A stretch of 64,000 nt of DNA. Source: Lepidodermella squamata (Eukaryota > Animalia > Gastrotricha). Of the stretch, positions 37,216-49,961 are shown one piece after another (within the stretch, counting starts at the first letter, position 1; each line of letters starts with the position of its first letter). The stretch lies in NCBI GenBank assembly GCA_047495785.1, contig JBLDXI010000054.1:558001-622000 (forward strand). The letters run 5' to 3'. The notes beneath the pieces were generated by a model that did no database searches, had not been told where the DNA came from, and saw only the letters and a program-made list of their open reading frames with translations. The translations under genes and the position numbers were made by a program.

Positions 37216-40025
37216 TTACCACAAGTGTGAGTCGTCAAGTTCAGCATCGACGGCAAACAAACGAGAGCCACGATGAACCAGAAACACAGGGGCTGAAATT
37301 GCCGATAATTTTATCAGGGATAAATCAGAAGATTTTTTCGATGTGAGCTCGGAAAATTTTCGGCTTTCGTGCTGCAGCAACGAGTTTTGGTCAAGTAGAC
37401 ACTCGTAAAGACGTTTATGCGATTCGGGTGCCCAATTAAATGACGCAGCTCTCTTTATAATTGAAAGCAACACATCCGGTTGCGATATTTCGAGTTCGCG
37501 ACCGACGGCAAAAAGTTCGGATGTCTCCACGAAACATTCGACGTCGAAGATCCGCCCTTTCAGTGTCCGCACTGCATAAGTCCTTGGCAAAGCAGGTTCA
37601 GCTCCAGCTAGCCGAATAGGGGCAGTGAGGAAACTGTGACCAAAGGGAACTTTGGCAAAGAATTTAGCGCGAGTTGACGGAAACAATGACACTATTTCCT
37701 TTGTCACTTTATGTAGCGGTACCTGTACAAATCTGGCATGAGCTTCATCTTCAACAGCAGAATGTTCCAGGTACATTTTGAGCAGAACAAATCGCGAAAT
37801 TTGCTCAGTATGAAACCGAGTTCCTTCGAAGCTGCTCTTAATATTGGCGATAAATCCCTCGAAGCCAAAAGCAGAGTAGTCACTAAGGCGACCGTGAGAT
37901 TCCACTTTATCAGCTAAATGATGAGCGAGATGGACGTTGTGGGTCTCAAATGACCTGTCATAAAGCGTGGCAACTTCTTTCTGGAAGGTTCGCATTAGTT
38001 TGAAGCACAAATCGGCAAATGGGCGGCGTTCTTCCGACGTAGCTGGCATAATAGACGTCTTGGCGATTCTAATTCCCAAAACATAGGTGACATAGTGGAT
38101 GTACAAAGCCTGAGAAAGCTTGTCAAATAATAGTATCGGCCCAAAATCAAGGGTGAATAGCTTCAAGTGCTTCGCTTTGAATTCTGAGCTCAGATATTTG
38201 AAATCAGGCAGTCTCAGCGAGATCATGCTGCAAGGATATTGAATTAGCGCCAGCTCATTTTTAAGCAGTTCCCGATCTTCCGATCCAATTTTCGCGTGAG
38301 GAGGGAGCCAGCAGACAGAAAGCCATTTGAGGACTCCCTAAAATAATGACAGCTGTAAAATATTCGTATCTCAAGAATGTTCGGGGTATCCCTGAAATAA
38401 ATAAAATTTAATCAATAAATTAATTGTTTCAAATATAATGGCAAGTCTGACGTACACGTGACGTATACGTTTCGTCTCGGCCAAGAGACTCATCAGAGAC
38501 CTTTTTATACATAATTTGAATACAAAATTTATCACAACAAAAAAGTTATATTAGAAATTATGGCTAGTCTGACGTATACATATACGTTTCGTCTCGGCCA
38601 AGAGACTCATCAGAGACCTTTAAATTCTTGAGATAAAAGATATTATCATTAAATTTACCTCAACAGACTGATGCATGTAATCGATTGCGATTTGGTAGGG
38701 CATGCTGATACGATTGTCGAAGCGTGAATTTCCTTTGGATCCGAGACGGAACAAAAGTCGATCTTCCATGAAGCTAGCAACAGTCCTAGGTTTTGCCAAT
38801 TTCACGAGATATGGTCTAACCATTGAACGAACTAAATCGGGTTCTTTCAATTTAACAGCAGGCTGATAACAAAACATGCAGCCAAATTCGCCATTGAACT
38901 GCTGAACATTGAGAACTGCAGCTAAAGCGGGTAGATCCCCAACTAACAACCTGATATCCAGGTTAAAGCCAAATTGTTTACCCCCAATGACCATTTCATG
39001 CTGACCAATGATATCGAAAATTGGGTCAAGCAAATAACCCCATTCATCTTCATTTTGCGGTTTTCTGTCCCCGCACCAGAGGCCAAGAAGCAACACGTTT
39101 CGCCTTTTGAAGCGCAAATTGAGGTCAAGATTGCTGATACTGCCAAGAACAGGCCATATAGAAAGGCGGCCGTGATTAACGAGCGGAGCGCCGTCAGTGC
39201 TAACGTCGATCAGCAGATCTTGGCTCGCCAGATCAGGAAAACTTCTAACTATTATTCCAAGTTGAGGCAGAAGTAGGGGATGTAGCACGCTCAGCTTGAA
39301 ACGATCCGATGAATATTGCGGACCATTATGCACGCATTCAATATTAGGACAAAATTTTTGCTCAACCAAGGAGCTGCATTGAATGCAATATAATTTGCAG
39401 CATCGAATTAAGGTTCTGCCCATTTTTCTTGCGACAGAAGCACAATCGTATGTTGATAGCCCAACTTCAGCGAGATGTGACCGCAGCTTCAACATGAACC
39501 GATTACACACACCCCCAGATTCGATGTATGAATGCAGAATTTTTCCTTTAGTTGTCTGCTCCTTCAAGACCTCCTCCATGCCACTTTCCAGTAAAAACTG
39601 GTCTAGATCAAAGGTTACCACCTGCCCAGGGATATCTAATGTAGAGGTTATATGTAAGGAGTATTCAGAATTAAATATATTCTACTAACCCAAGTCAGGA
39701 TTTTCCTGAAAGCTTTCTTCGCTAGCTGCATAATTTTCATCATCTTCAACGAGGCTAAGGTTGTCAAGTGCTAAGCCGAGACATAAAATGATAGATTCAA
39801 ATAGATAAAATAATAAAAATTACAAGCATTCTCCGGCAAAATGTTTTCAAGATGACCATTAATATCAGGACTAGAGTTGCTATCTGCAACGACGTCAGGG
39901 TAGGGTGGTTCGGAAGCAATGTCATCACTAACATCCTCAGCAAGACTTAAAGGAATCGGAGCTCTTCGTTTTCGAGACCTTGAGTAGCAGTCGTCATCCT
40001 CCTTCCGACTCCTACCGGAATGCAT
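37216..40025 (-). CDS. EnSpm/CMC (Tnp2-family) DDE transposase, spliced
   Basis: TDGAPL...SIWP, GLWCG..KP, GDLPA...QFNGEFGC.FC, IDYMHQSVE|GVLKWL (intron 38338-38658), HNVHLAHHL...HG.L..YSAFGFE; probable small 5' exons at ~39690-39770 and ~39824-40025. Confidence 0.9.
38439..38502 (-). ncRNA. Type I hammerhead ribozyme
   Basis: Minus strand: AGGTCT CTGATGA GTCTC-TTGGCC-GAGAC GAAA CGTATAC-GTCAC-GTGTACG TC^AGACTT GCCA. Full core, three stems, GUC cleavage triplet. Confidence 0.9.
38561..38619 (-). ncRNA. Type I hammerhead ribozyme
   Basis: Minus strand: GGTCT CTGATGA GTCTC-TTGGCC-GAGAC GAAA CGTAT-ATGT-ATACG TC^AGACT AGCCA. Confidence 0.9.
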
Positions 40026-42467
40026 GGAAGTATAGCTTATTAATATGTCCTATAATTAGAAGTCGACCATTATCCTGGTAATATCAGATGCAAAATAAGA
40101 AAAATTTGTCCTTAAATTAGGTCAGAGGTCGGAGACTTTACAAAGTGCTATTGAAAAAGAGATTCTCAGCTCCGTTAGCTATGAGACGTCAAACATTCAA
40201 ATTTACCGGGTGGTTCAAAATATCTTGTCGGTAAATAAAATACATTTTCTTTATTAGAAAATATGTCTAACACATATTGTCATTTATTTTATATTTTTCC
40301 ATTGATTACAAATAATGTTGGCCGTAGTTTGTTATTATTTTCATGAGACCTCATTTTTCATTGTCGGCGTAGAATACGAATGCTAGTTCGGGTGTTTTTT
40401 CATCGCAGGCATTATTCATTCTCGCCTCTCAGTAAGTGAAAATAGTATATCGCATCAGCCTTTGATTGCAAAGTGAATGTGTTTAATGACCTCCAGCCAA
40501 GTTCAGCCAAGATCCGTACAAAGCAATCATAACAAGTCTTTCCAAGTTCTTGCAAAGATCACTCAAGATCTTTGGTAAGAAATCATTCGAAAGTCTTTCC
40601 AAGATCTTGCAAAGATTTATGAAGATCTTGAATCTTAGGAGATCTTAGCAGAACTTCGCAGATTAACCATGGTATTAATCACTAGGGTGTGCATTTTTCA
40701 TGCAGAGAAATTAGAACGAAAAAGCCGATTTTAATCATCATTATTTCGATAATTGTGTTTGCTCGCTAACTTACCGCCGGCTTTTATAGTATATAATATA
40801 ACAATCGGCCTTTCTGGGTTAACATAATATATAAAAATATCTGTCGTGCACTGCTTCACCAAAACGATGCGGCGAAAAATGGAACGAAACATAAATCGCC
40901 TTTCCAACGAAGATTTCGGCTGGCATAAAAACGTGTTGCTACCGAGTTGTCAAAACATTAGGAATGTCAGACGGATTTCAAATGAATTACTAAATTATTT
41001 GTTATAATCATTACTTATAGCTAGGTGCCGCAACCATATGCAATTAATTGATATTCACCAGGATTAACTGAGTTCTCGCAAAACATCAGCTGCTCATAGT
41101 TAAGATGGCGGCAACGTTTACTTTCGCTTTTTACTGTTCTTCTTAGGCGGCCTGGGTGAAATGTTGATGTCTCCTTTCAATAATTCATGGTGCACATTGA
41201 TTGCATATAGGTATCGCCTAAATTAGCGGCATTAGCGAGAGAAGGCTTGGCCACTAGCTAGACAGAATCAATTTTGGTTTATTCAGAGCGAAAAGGAACA
41301 AAATATCAGTATAAAGAATCTGCCATATTATCTGCTGTGTTTGCCTATTCCAGGCCAGCCGAAGTTGTTGATTGAAATGTGTACAATGATCCGGAAGATA
41401 AACGTTGAAGTTACGAATTGACACTCCGTGCATCGAATATGTAAGCGGTTCTCTACGTTTACTCAAAATTGCGCTCAAGTCGCACATGCACCCTAATGTA
41501 GACCGTAAATTTTGACAGAATGATCTATTTGAGTCCTCACTGTTATTGCGGGATCTAACATAATTCGCGTTATTGCATGCCGTTATCTGAATTGTATAAA
41601 AATGAAAAACGCTGAAACGCTTAGTGGAGCCGCTTAATCCAAAATTTTGTGAATTGGCTGAAAGGTGTGCAATTTTATTGGTCGGTTAAATTGCGATAAT
41701 AGAATTGGCGCATTAGTCATCATTACGCACAACGAAAGGATAGGTCGATTGCTCAACATTTTAAAAGCTTGTCTGGTGACGGCATTTTCGCAACTCCGCG
41801 CTAGGGCTTCTCTTAAACGTGCTCGTATGCGGCGTTTACTGCGCATATATAGTGAATTTGAACAAATCTCGCTTCACTGCACATTGGCAATCGCAGCCGA
41901 GGTGTTGGCGCGAACACGGCTGGGAACAAATGGAACCATAGATCATAGATCACTCCGTTCCACATGATTGGAACCAGTGCCATTATGAGCACCCGCACGC
42001 GCCACACCCGGGCAGCCGGACTTGTGCTGTCCTGGGGTGGATCATCTAAATCTGACCATAGTGCAAACCTCGCCTCTAGTCATCGCTCATCGCGCCATGG
42101 TATCTATCCAATGCCCGCTCAAGTTACATTTTGCCACGATCAAGATGTTCTCTCCTGTGATTGAATAGTGCCTTACGACTTACGATTTATTCTCTCTCAG
42201 TAATGTTAGTCTCTCTTTTTGTATCTTCCGAAGTTGGTACGTTCCATTATACATAAACATCGCTCTTTCCCACTTTCCCTTCCTAAGTTGTCCTCTTCTG
42301 AGCCTTATGGCTCCTTAACTAATAAATAACTGAATACAAAAATACGTGTATAACACGAGCTAGTCAGGTGGCAAGCAAATTGATTATCCGCCCCTCCCCC
42401 CTCAGATGTTACTTGCTTCTGACATTGCTAACGTGAGACGTGAGGCCATTTACTGGAATCTGGAACA

Positions 42468-42810
42468 CACTAAATTCTAAATTCAAATTTATTTGTCCAT
42501 CAGTCACAAAAATATAAAAGAACAATATAACATAATAAATTCCCTTCTTTCGAACATTACAAAGTAACAGAGATGGCACGCGGTTGCGAGACGACATGCG
42601 CTTGCCGGCGGCAGTGCGCTGAGGACGCTAGTGGGCGAGCTAAAGGAATATTTATCGTATGCAGAAGATTACATGTAACGGCTTAATCAGAACAGAAGGA
42701 GTGCAGCGGGAAGAAAAAGAAAAGAAAGGAGAAGAGGAACCAGGATGATACAAGGCAAGACTTACAAGATGTAGAAAGACGGAAGAGACACGGAAAGATC
42801 ACACACCGGA
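42468..42810 (-). mobile_element. 3'UTR-only fragment of Jockey-like LINE family 1
   Basis: Reverse complement of ~51630-51968, including the AATAAATTTGAATTTAG tail. Confidence 0.85.
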
Positions 42811-43092
42811 AAGATCACACGTAAAGCCATCTGAATAGAGACAGCTACATTGCGCACTTTTTGTGTGCGCGAGAAATCTGCACACCTGACTGGACAATAA
42901 TTGTCTTCATTCTGCTGAATTTCAAATTGCTTTTCGGGTTGATAATAGAAATTTGCCTCTTGGCTTCGAATAATCTGCTTGAGCTCTTAGTTCTGCCGTG
43001 AGAAAGCCCTGCGCAGCGAACGTCGACGTATTGTTTCAGCGAGATTCGTTGATGACACTGATTTATATGTGCCGGTAGATAAGTTTCTAAAT

Positions 43093-44334
43093 ATGGCAAA
43101 ACAGCTGCGTGGCTTCGAACAATGGCAGCTTGAAATATTATGCGACCATTTGGAAGAGTGGCAAAAGCGGCAATTCAGTGATACGAAGCAGCGAGGCAAA
43201 GAGCTTCAAAAGTTGATCAATTTGCTCTCGCGGAAAATAAACGAATCCGAGGCTCGTATCAAGTCATGGTTCAATCACAAGACAGCGTCGAATGTGTCTG
43301 AAATCAGGGCCAAGAAACAGATACTAATGTCAACGGCTCAATTCAACGATCTGCATGAGTGGTTTAAGGGGAATCCTTACCCAAGTAAAGAAGAACGAGC
43401 GATGATGTCAGCGAAAACTGGCGTGACTGTCCCTAAAATTGAACGCTGGCTGTGTTATCAACGCCAGTTGAACAAACCACCTAACGCCCCTAAAAAGAGG
43501 AGATTCATTTTCACGCAAGAAAATCGCGATCTGTTAGAAAATGTGAGGAATGAAGCTGCATTGTTTTCCTATTTGAAATGTTTTTCTCTCCAGGAATTCG
43601 AAGTGAACATCGCGCCTAATTCCATACGAAAAACTGAGCTAGCTGAAATAATTGGCTGTCCCAGAAGTTATGTCATAACATGGTTCAAAAGGAAACGAGT
43701 TATAACTGGAACTAAGCTTAAGAATTACGAAGCTTATGACAGAGTAACGCAATCTCGGAATTTGTTCGTTCGATTAAGCTTACACACTGAATTTCTCTAG
43801 GTCAGTCGAATCAATGAAAGCAATATTGATGAGCCGGAAAAAAGACGGGGATTCGAACCGTGGCAGCTCGAGATTCTGAATGAAGAGCTCGCCAAGCCTA
43901 CAAGGCTTCACGCAAATCGCGTCCTCGACATATCAGCCAGGCTTGGAACAACGCCACGCCGAGTTCGGCATTGGATGCTACACAGATCTGTCACCATTTG
44001 CCGGAAGACTAAGGCTGTGAAAAGAAAACCTAAACCTCGGGGTGTACAATTGCTAACAGCCTCACAGCACTCAGCACTCAAGTCGCTGTTTGACAAAAAT
44101 GATTGGCCGACAGATGGCGAAATGGAGCGACTTGCCGATAAAGTTGACCTTCCGTTTCTACGAGTACGGCATTGGTTTCATACTCATCGTTACCACAAGC
44201 GGATGGATCTGAAAATCGAACGGATGGCTGAAATTTCCCGCATTGCTTGCCGATTCGGCGTTCAGGGAGAAGAGGTTTTCAAGATGGTCCGGGAGCTAAG
44301 TTCGAATTCGGAGAATAAGAACGAGCAAATTTGA
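43093..44334 (+). CDS. Multi-homeodomain protein H2 (~377 aa, ~5 divergent homeodomains; exons 43093-43542, 43594-43743, 43801-44334)
   Basis: e.g. STAQFNDLHEWFKGNPYPSKEERAMMSAKTGVTVPKIERW; LKSLFDKNDWPTDGEMERLADKVDLPFLRVRHWF; phase-0 GT-AG introns keep the frame. Confidence 0.85.
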
Positions 44335-44639
44335 TAAAAAAAAGTTTCCATGATTCCCTGAACAGTTCCCTTAACAGTACAATACCTCGCTGATATCAGA
44401 ATAAATGAAAAATCTGAGATTTGGAAATAAAAGAAATGCTCCTGATGAGAAGGCCCGTTGATTGATTGTTGCTAGTGAAAGGTGGCTAGGTTTGCTACCA
44501 TGGGAGCCGCACTATGAAAAATATACCTAGAGCTGAATGGCACTCTTCATTCAGTCTTTTCCTCTGATAACTGATTTTGATCATGGCAACGACCACGTTT
44601 CTCGCGTTACATGGGTCCGGCAAAATATACGGACCAATC

Positions 44640-44990
44640 GTAATCGAGCAACTCAAAAAAAATCCGGATTTAAATGAATCTTTTGATCGGAATGACAATC
44701 CGGATATGCAAGAAATACTGCGACTTTCTTCTTTGCTTGGATTGCCAGAGAGGCATATACAGAATTGGTTCAGATTGTTAACGATTGTTATGTCAAAAGT
44801 ATCGCTGACTACGAAAAGGTTGCAGTCAAATATATATTGTGATTCTTTTAATTAAAATTGTTAGATTAAGGAAATGAACGAAAATGGCCACGCGGACAAG
44901 GGTCGAGCTTTTGAGCCTTGGCAACTTGAAATTCTCCGAGAGGAAAGGGCTAGGCCGTCAAAATTATATTCTGATGAAATTCTCCACCTA
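44640..44990 (+). pseudogene. Multi-homeobox remnant H3
   Basis: LNESFDRNDNPDMQEILRLSSLLGLPERHIQNWF and FEPWQLEILREERARP fragments with no intact start or end. Confidence 0.65.
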
Positions 44991-45441
44991 ATAAGGGAAT
45001 ACTCTATGGCTAGCCATGGAGAAATGCTATTCCTACATGCGCACTATCTGGAGCCACTTTTTGCGATGTTAAAGGGTCATACCCCTGTGAAAATAGCGTA
45101 AAAAATTGAAATAAAAAGTCCGCCTTAAAAAATTTAATTCAGCCATAGAGAAATCAAATTTCCCAATAGCAAAATTTTACCATGCGCATGTAGGAATACG
45201 TATTTTTAAAATCACGAACATTTTTTTACGATTATTTTCAGATGATCTAAATAAAAATTCTAGAAGCTATTAATTTAGAAGCCTTCGGGCGTTACGGTTT
45301 ATTTTCAATAAAAACTCAATTTGACTTGCTCGAAACGAATCGAATCACATCCTGAATTAATTCATTCATCTGGGCTAAAGCGAAAAGGGATTGGTTCAGT
45401 GCCTGGTTATGTTAAAATTCAGTGGACTAAATACATTGATA

Positions 45442-45590
45442 CCCTGTCGGAAATCGGCGTAGCGAGAGTTAATGAGGCAACTTAGGCAAATTCTGCCCAT
45501 TCGTCGGGCTATGACTTGGGCCTACTTGCGACAAATTGGACCCAGGCTTTCGCGATAAATTCCATCGCGGTCCACAGATTTCCGACAGGG
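45442..45590. mobile_element. 149-bp MITE with CCC-starting TIR
   Basis: CCCTGTCGGAAATC...GATTTCCGACAGGG; no matching TSD seen. Confidence 0.6.
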
Positions 45591-45633
45591 GCAGTTAAAA
45601 AGGTCAGTAAATAATCATGGTCCAGAGATCCCG

Positions 45634-48600
45634 GTCATGGGCGTATGATATTGAAATCGGCACAAAAATCGTAGCATTTATTGTCGCGTATACAGCCGCA
45701 GTTCCGCGCTTTAGTAAAAAGCAGGTGAACAGTCAAATTAGTTTGAACTCCGAATCACTCACTGTATTGGCATCTGGGCGGTTTGTATGGAGGTACGCAG
45801 GTGCACTGATCTGGCCCAGTGCATGTTCCGCCATTCAAGCATGGTTCAGCACATATTCCTACGATTCAAAACATATTCACTGAATGGCTCAGAGCTCGGA
45901 AAGTCAAACCCAAGCATTGATCCCCGGTGTAGCCAGGCTTGCAGGTGCATTGGTAATTCATGAGGGTCGTTAGGCTGCTAACACAGGTGTCGGGTAGACA
46001 GTTAGGGGAGCATTTTATACCTAGGTAACAAACTATCATTCGAGATTCAAGGGCGGAAAAAAGCAAATTACTGTTGATGAGTTCGCACTGACTTCTCAGT
46101 GTCATCATCTGAATGTTGTCGAGAGCTTCTCGATGGAAGGAGAAACATGCGGCATTCATTGTTCCGTAGTTGTTTGGGGCGATCATGCTGGAAAAGAGGT
46201 ATTACCTATTCAGTATCATCATTGAAATAGTGATAATGTGTAATGCAATCAAAAAAACCAGCCAGTGATAATGTGTAATGCACCAGCCGTTCATAAACAA
46301 ATATCTTGTATTCCATTCAATAAAATGATAGTTCTATAAGAGATAAGAAGTTAATAAAAGACAGAAAATCATGCGAGTTAGAATGTAAATGACCGAGTCA
46401 GGATGCGATCTTGGATCCCGGAGCTGCCAGGGATGGAAAGAAAGTTTTTGCTGTACTTGCGGCACTAATAAGCGAGCGAAGCGAGAAAATTGTGAAGATT
46501 TCCCACTAAACCACGCTTCTACACCTCTAAAAATTAAGAAAAAAGGGATAAATTCTTAATCTGACCAGGCCGTGTCTGGCCCATCCCTCCCGCCCCCCTG
46601 GAAGTCGTACAATGGACCGAGTTCAGTGTACGAACTGCGGGTTAACCCCGTGCCGCTAAGCTTCCGGGCAGATCTGTTTCCGACGGACTAGCTCGTTAAC
46701 CCAAATCCGATGCTAACAATTTTCTATCGCCTATATGTGGTTACTCTGCCAAATTGCAATCATTTCCGATGATTTGGTGTGAAATCCGCTCGAAGCCTGT
46801 CCAAAAAACCCACCTCAGTCGAATTATTATGGCAGAATTGTTGCTTTAATTGAAGCATACTTTAAGCTTCAAATAACCTTCAACTAAATAGCTGTACCTT
46901 GAAGATTTGAGTTGACCGAGCGAGAGTTTTTAAATTATTTGATTCAGAAATTTGAGATTTGAAATTTCATAGTCAAATCCATTAACACTGAATATTTGGG
47001 CACTATTTGTATTATATTACTCTTGCACGGTATATTTTATAATATTTTAAAACAAGTGACTAATGATTCATATCTCACTTACCGCCTTCCGATTGATATT
47101 TGTGTTCCTGTTTTAGCAATTTCGCCGCCGAAAATAGTAGTAAAGTATGACGTGCCACAGACAAGAATCGAAGAAGTTGATGTAATGCTGTAAGATATGG
47201 CAACAAATTGCCACATGGTCAATGGGCAGGGAATCATCACGCCTTGAGCTGAGGTTCCAAATGAGTAGCAGATAATATGAGTTGCATTTATCTGCCAACA
47301 GCCTGCTCCCACTGTTGATGTTGCAGTATTAGTGTACTCAAATAGCGGACAGTTGAAGTTGATGCAAAATGATTTAAGCCAAACTCCGATTGTAAACGAC
47401 GTGTTCCCATCGAATGCAGTATTCGTGAACGAGACGTAGCTGCTGTTGCCGTTGCGGTTTATCGATTTTGCGCCAGTGTCATAAGTAAATGGGCCGTCGC
47501 CGAACCAAGACCCCGTGAAAGTGGCTTGTAGCCCACCGTAACTGGACCCGCTGACATCGTTCGTATTCCAAAGTGCATTCAGGGGCCAGTATCCGACAGT
47601 ATAAGGCTTCGTAATGTTATTTCTCAGTTGCTGGACGATGCTAACTGGAGCTAGGATTGGGACGGTGCCGTTTGCTGGAAATACCCCGGGTTTTTCGGAG
47701 CAATTAATAAACATAGAAATAAACTAACCTGGCTGGCAAGAACTTCCGGCGTAGCCAGCTTTGCAAGTGCAAGAATAGCCTTCGCTTTTAGTCACATCAC
47801 CAGTACATGTAGCTTGGACACAATTGGCGGAACATGTGATACCTGTTGAAAAGATCCATTATGGAACCACTAGTAAGTTGAACTTTGGCGCGCACGCTGA
47901 TTGGTCAATTTATCGTTGCTAATGACTCCGGAATGAAACATTTCCTTCGTGCGATCCACTAATAAATTATTTTATATTTATGCAAAAAATGACCTTGCCA
48001 CACCCTCTGCACGGTTTCCATTGACCACGAGCGTAAACTCCATATTAATGGTGGTAAATTGATGCGGCAAAAAACACTTGTTGCACAAAATCTTATGGAT
48101 CGCACGACCAACATGTTTCATCCGGGAGTCATAGCAACGATCGATCGACCAATCAGCGTGCGCATAGGATTGGACTTTTAAGTGGTCACACAATGTCAAG
48201 AGGTTATTCTTACAGTTCGCAGTTCGGAAATTCACATGTATTTACAGACCCTTTGAAAAGCGAGTGACGAAAAACTGAAGTTCAGAATAATTTTATTGCC
48301 TCTACTTATCTGACCTCTCCCCTGGCAACCTCGATTCTCCAACTGCAGCGTCTGCAGTGTGCAAAGTAGGATCCGGGAGCTGCGAGGTGTTTTCTAATCG
48401 TTTTCCTGGACCCAGCCGAAGAAACCAAAAGGTCCCCCTTCCTCTGGTTGGAGACCCGGAGCTGGGGTGTCGCGACATCCCAGCACCCCTGTACTTCGCA
48501 CCCTGAGCTTCTGGAAGCTTCTAACATTGAAGCCGGGCCCCTAGCTAATTACGGTGCATTTAAGCCTTTTTCTAATCTTATTTGGAACAACGCATCGTGA

Positions 48601-49961
48601 TGTCATCAATGTAGGCACTTTCATTGCTAAATCAAGACCGACTTTCCCGTGGAATTTGAACGTTTGTTCTTGTCAATTTTACGAGGCTTTGGGGCATGTG
48701 GGGAATCTTCGAAATCTTATCGCTTCGCTCGTATTTTGGGAAGCGGCAGAAATTGTTTTTTCCATCCCTGTTCCTAGGCAGTTCTAGGAATCATGATGGC
48801 ACACTGATTGTTGTTCTCATTTTTGATGAAACTTCGGTGACCAAGGGCTAACACGTCAATTTCAGATTTTAGCACTTTCGTCAAAAGTTTGTTGCCCTAC
48901 CTTCGAGCCGGTCTATTCGAAACACGTCGCTCGCTGTAACAACTTTGCTCAAAAACCAAATTATTTCTATTGCTCTAGGAACTTCAAGCATCATCGGTCA
49001 GCTTCTTCATCAATTGAAGAGGTAATATTACATGTTTTTGTACTTACTGTTGATAAGTTGACATTGCCGTTTCAGTGTAATCATCTGCGATCCACTCAGG
49101 GCCGATCGGTGATATGAAAAGCAAGCAACGTTCATCGTTCCGAAAAGGAGGGTAGGTGAGTTGAACCTAAAGAATACACGACAAAATTTATGATGAAGGT
49201 TGGGTCGAAATATAACTGCTAATAACTCATGAGTCATGAGTAAGGTTTTCCTATGTCTAATGCCTTCAATAATTGAACTGTAGCCCCACAATTCCCACAT
49301 TCCATAAACTCATTCCAAAAGGCTTATACCGTTTTCCAATAAAGATTGTTGGTCCAGTCAAAGCAGTAAAGCTAAAACCGCTGAGCAAGGTTTCGTCGCA
49401 GGCTACAATTGAGGTTTGCGTCTGAGAATTGTATGATAACGCCACAAACTGCCAAACATTTGTTAGAGGGCAAATGACATGAACAGCGGTCGGATATACT
49501 GATGCTCCATAAGGATAAACTACATAAGCTGACTCGTTGAGCTGCCAAAATCCGGCTCCCCAGTCAGAGCCGGTGAAGTATTCCAATAATGGACAGTTTC
49601 TGGTTATGCAACCTGACTTCATCCAAATGCCAATAGTCCAGGAGTGATTGCCGTTGAAAGCTGAACTGCTATTGAAGCTCAGGAAGCTAAAGCCATCCAT
49701 ATTTTGATTCAACGCCTTTGAACTCGCATTGGTCGAACCGAAAGGTCCAGGTGTGTCAAATAGGGTTCCATTGGGCGTGGCTGAAATTCCGTATGAAGAT
49801 CCGCTGACGTCTCGCATGCCCCATAGTCCATTCAGAGGCCAATAGCCGACGATATTCGGCGAGGCGATGTTGTTTCTTAGCTGCTGAACAATAGATTGTG
49901 CGAAGCACGAATGGTTCAGGCAACCGAGTGCGAAAATTATCACCACCGTGAGCATTTTCAT
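45634..49961 (-). CDS. LamG-EGF copy F, two LamG domains (8 exons, two introns expanded)
   Basis: MKMLTVVIIFALGCL signal peptide; LamG ORFs 49266..49961 and 47079..47680; EGF exons ~47730-47843, ~45910-46021, ~45762-45858; last exon ARNCGCIRDNKCYDFCADFNIIRP*. Confidence 0.85.

Larger units (their letters stand above)
33125..40687 (-). mobile_element. Complete EnSpm/CMC-type DNA transposon (7563 bp)
   Basis: Termini CCCTAG(G/T)GAT; 2-bp TSD TG (33123-33124, 40688-40689) restores the host sequence; subterminal AAGATCTT-like repeats at both ends; Tnp2-family transposase inside. Confidence 0.92.
30655..40741 (-). pseudogene. LamG-EGF copy E, two LamG domains, exon 1 split by the EnSpm transposon
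   Basis: Signal peptide MMIKIGFFVLISLHEKCT at 40688-40741 continues as AQGISAVQQLRNN below 33123; the rest is collinear with copy D. Confidence 0.85.

Noticed and set aside
38443-38619. CRISPR-like repeat-spacer array
   Set aside because: Only two units, eukaryotic intron context, no cas genes; fully explained as hammerhead ribozymes.
41541-42355. Possible solo LTR (TGTTAT...AATAAA...ATAACA)
   Set aside because: No matching TSD (ctcac vs cgagc), no PBS/PPT and no second copy in the window; left unresolved.
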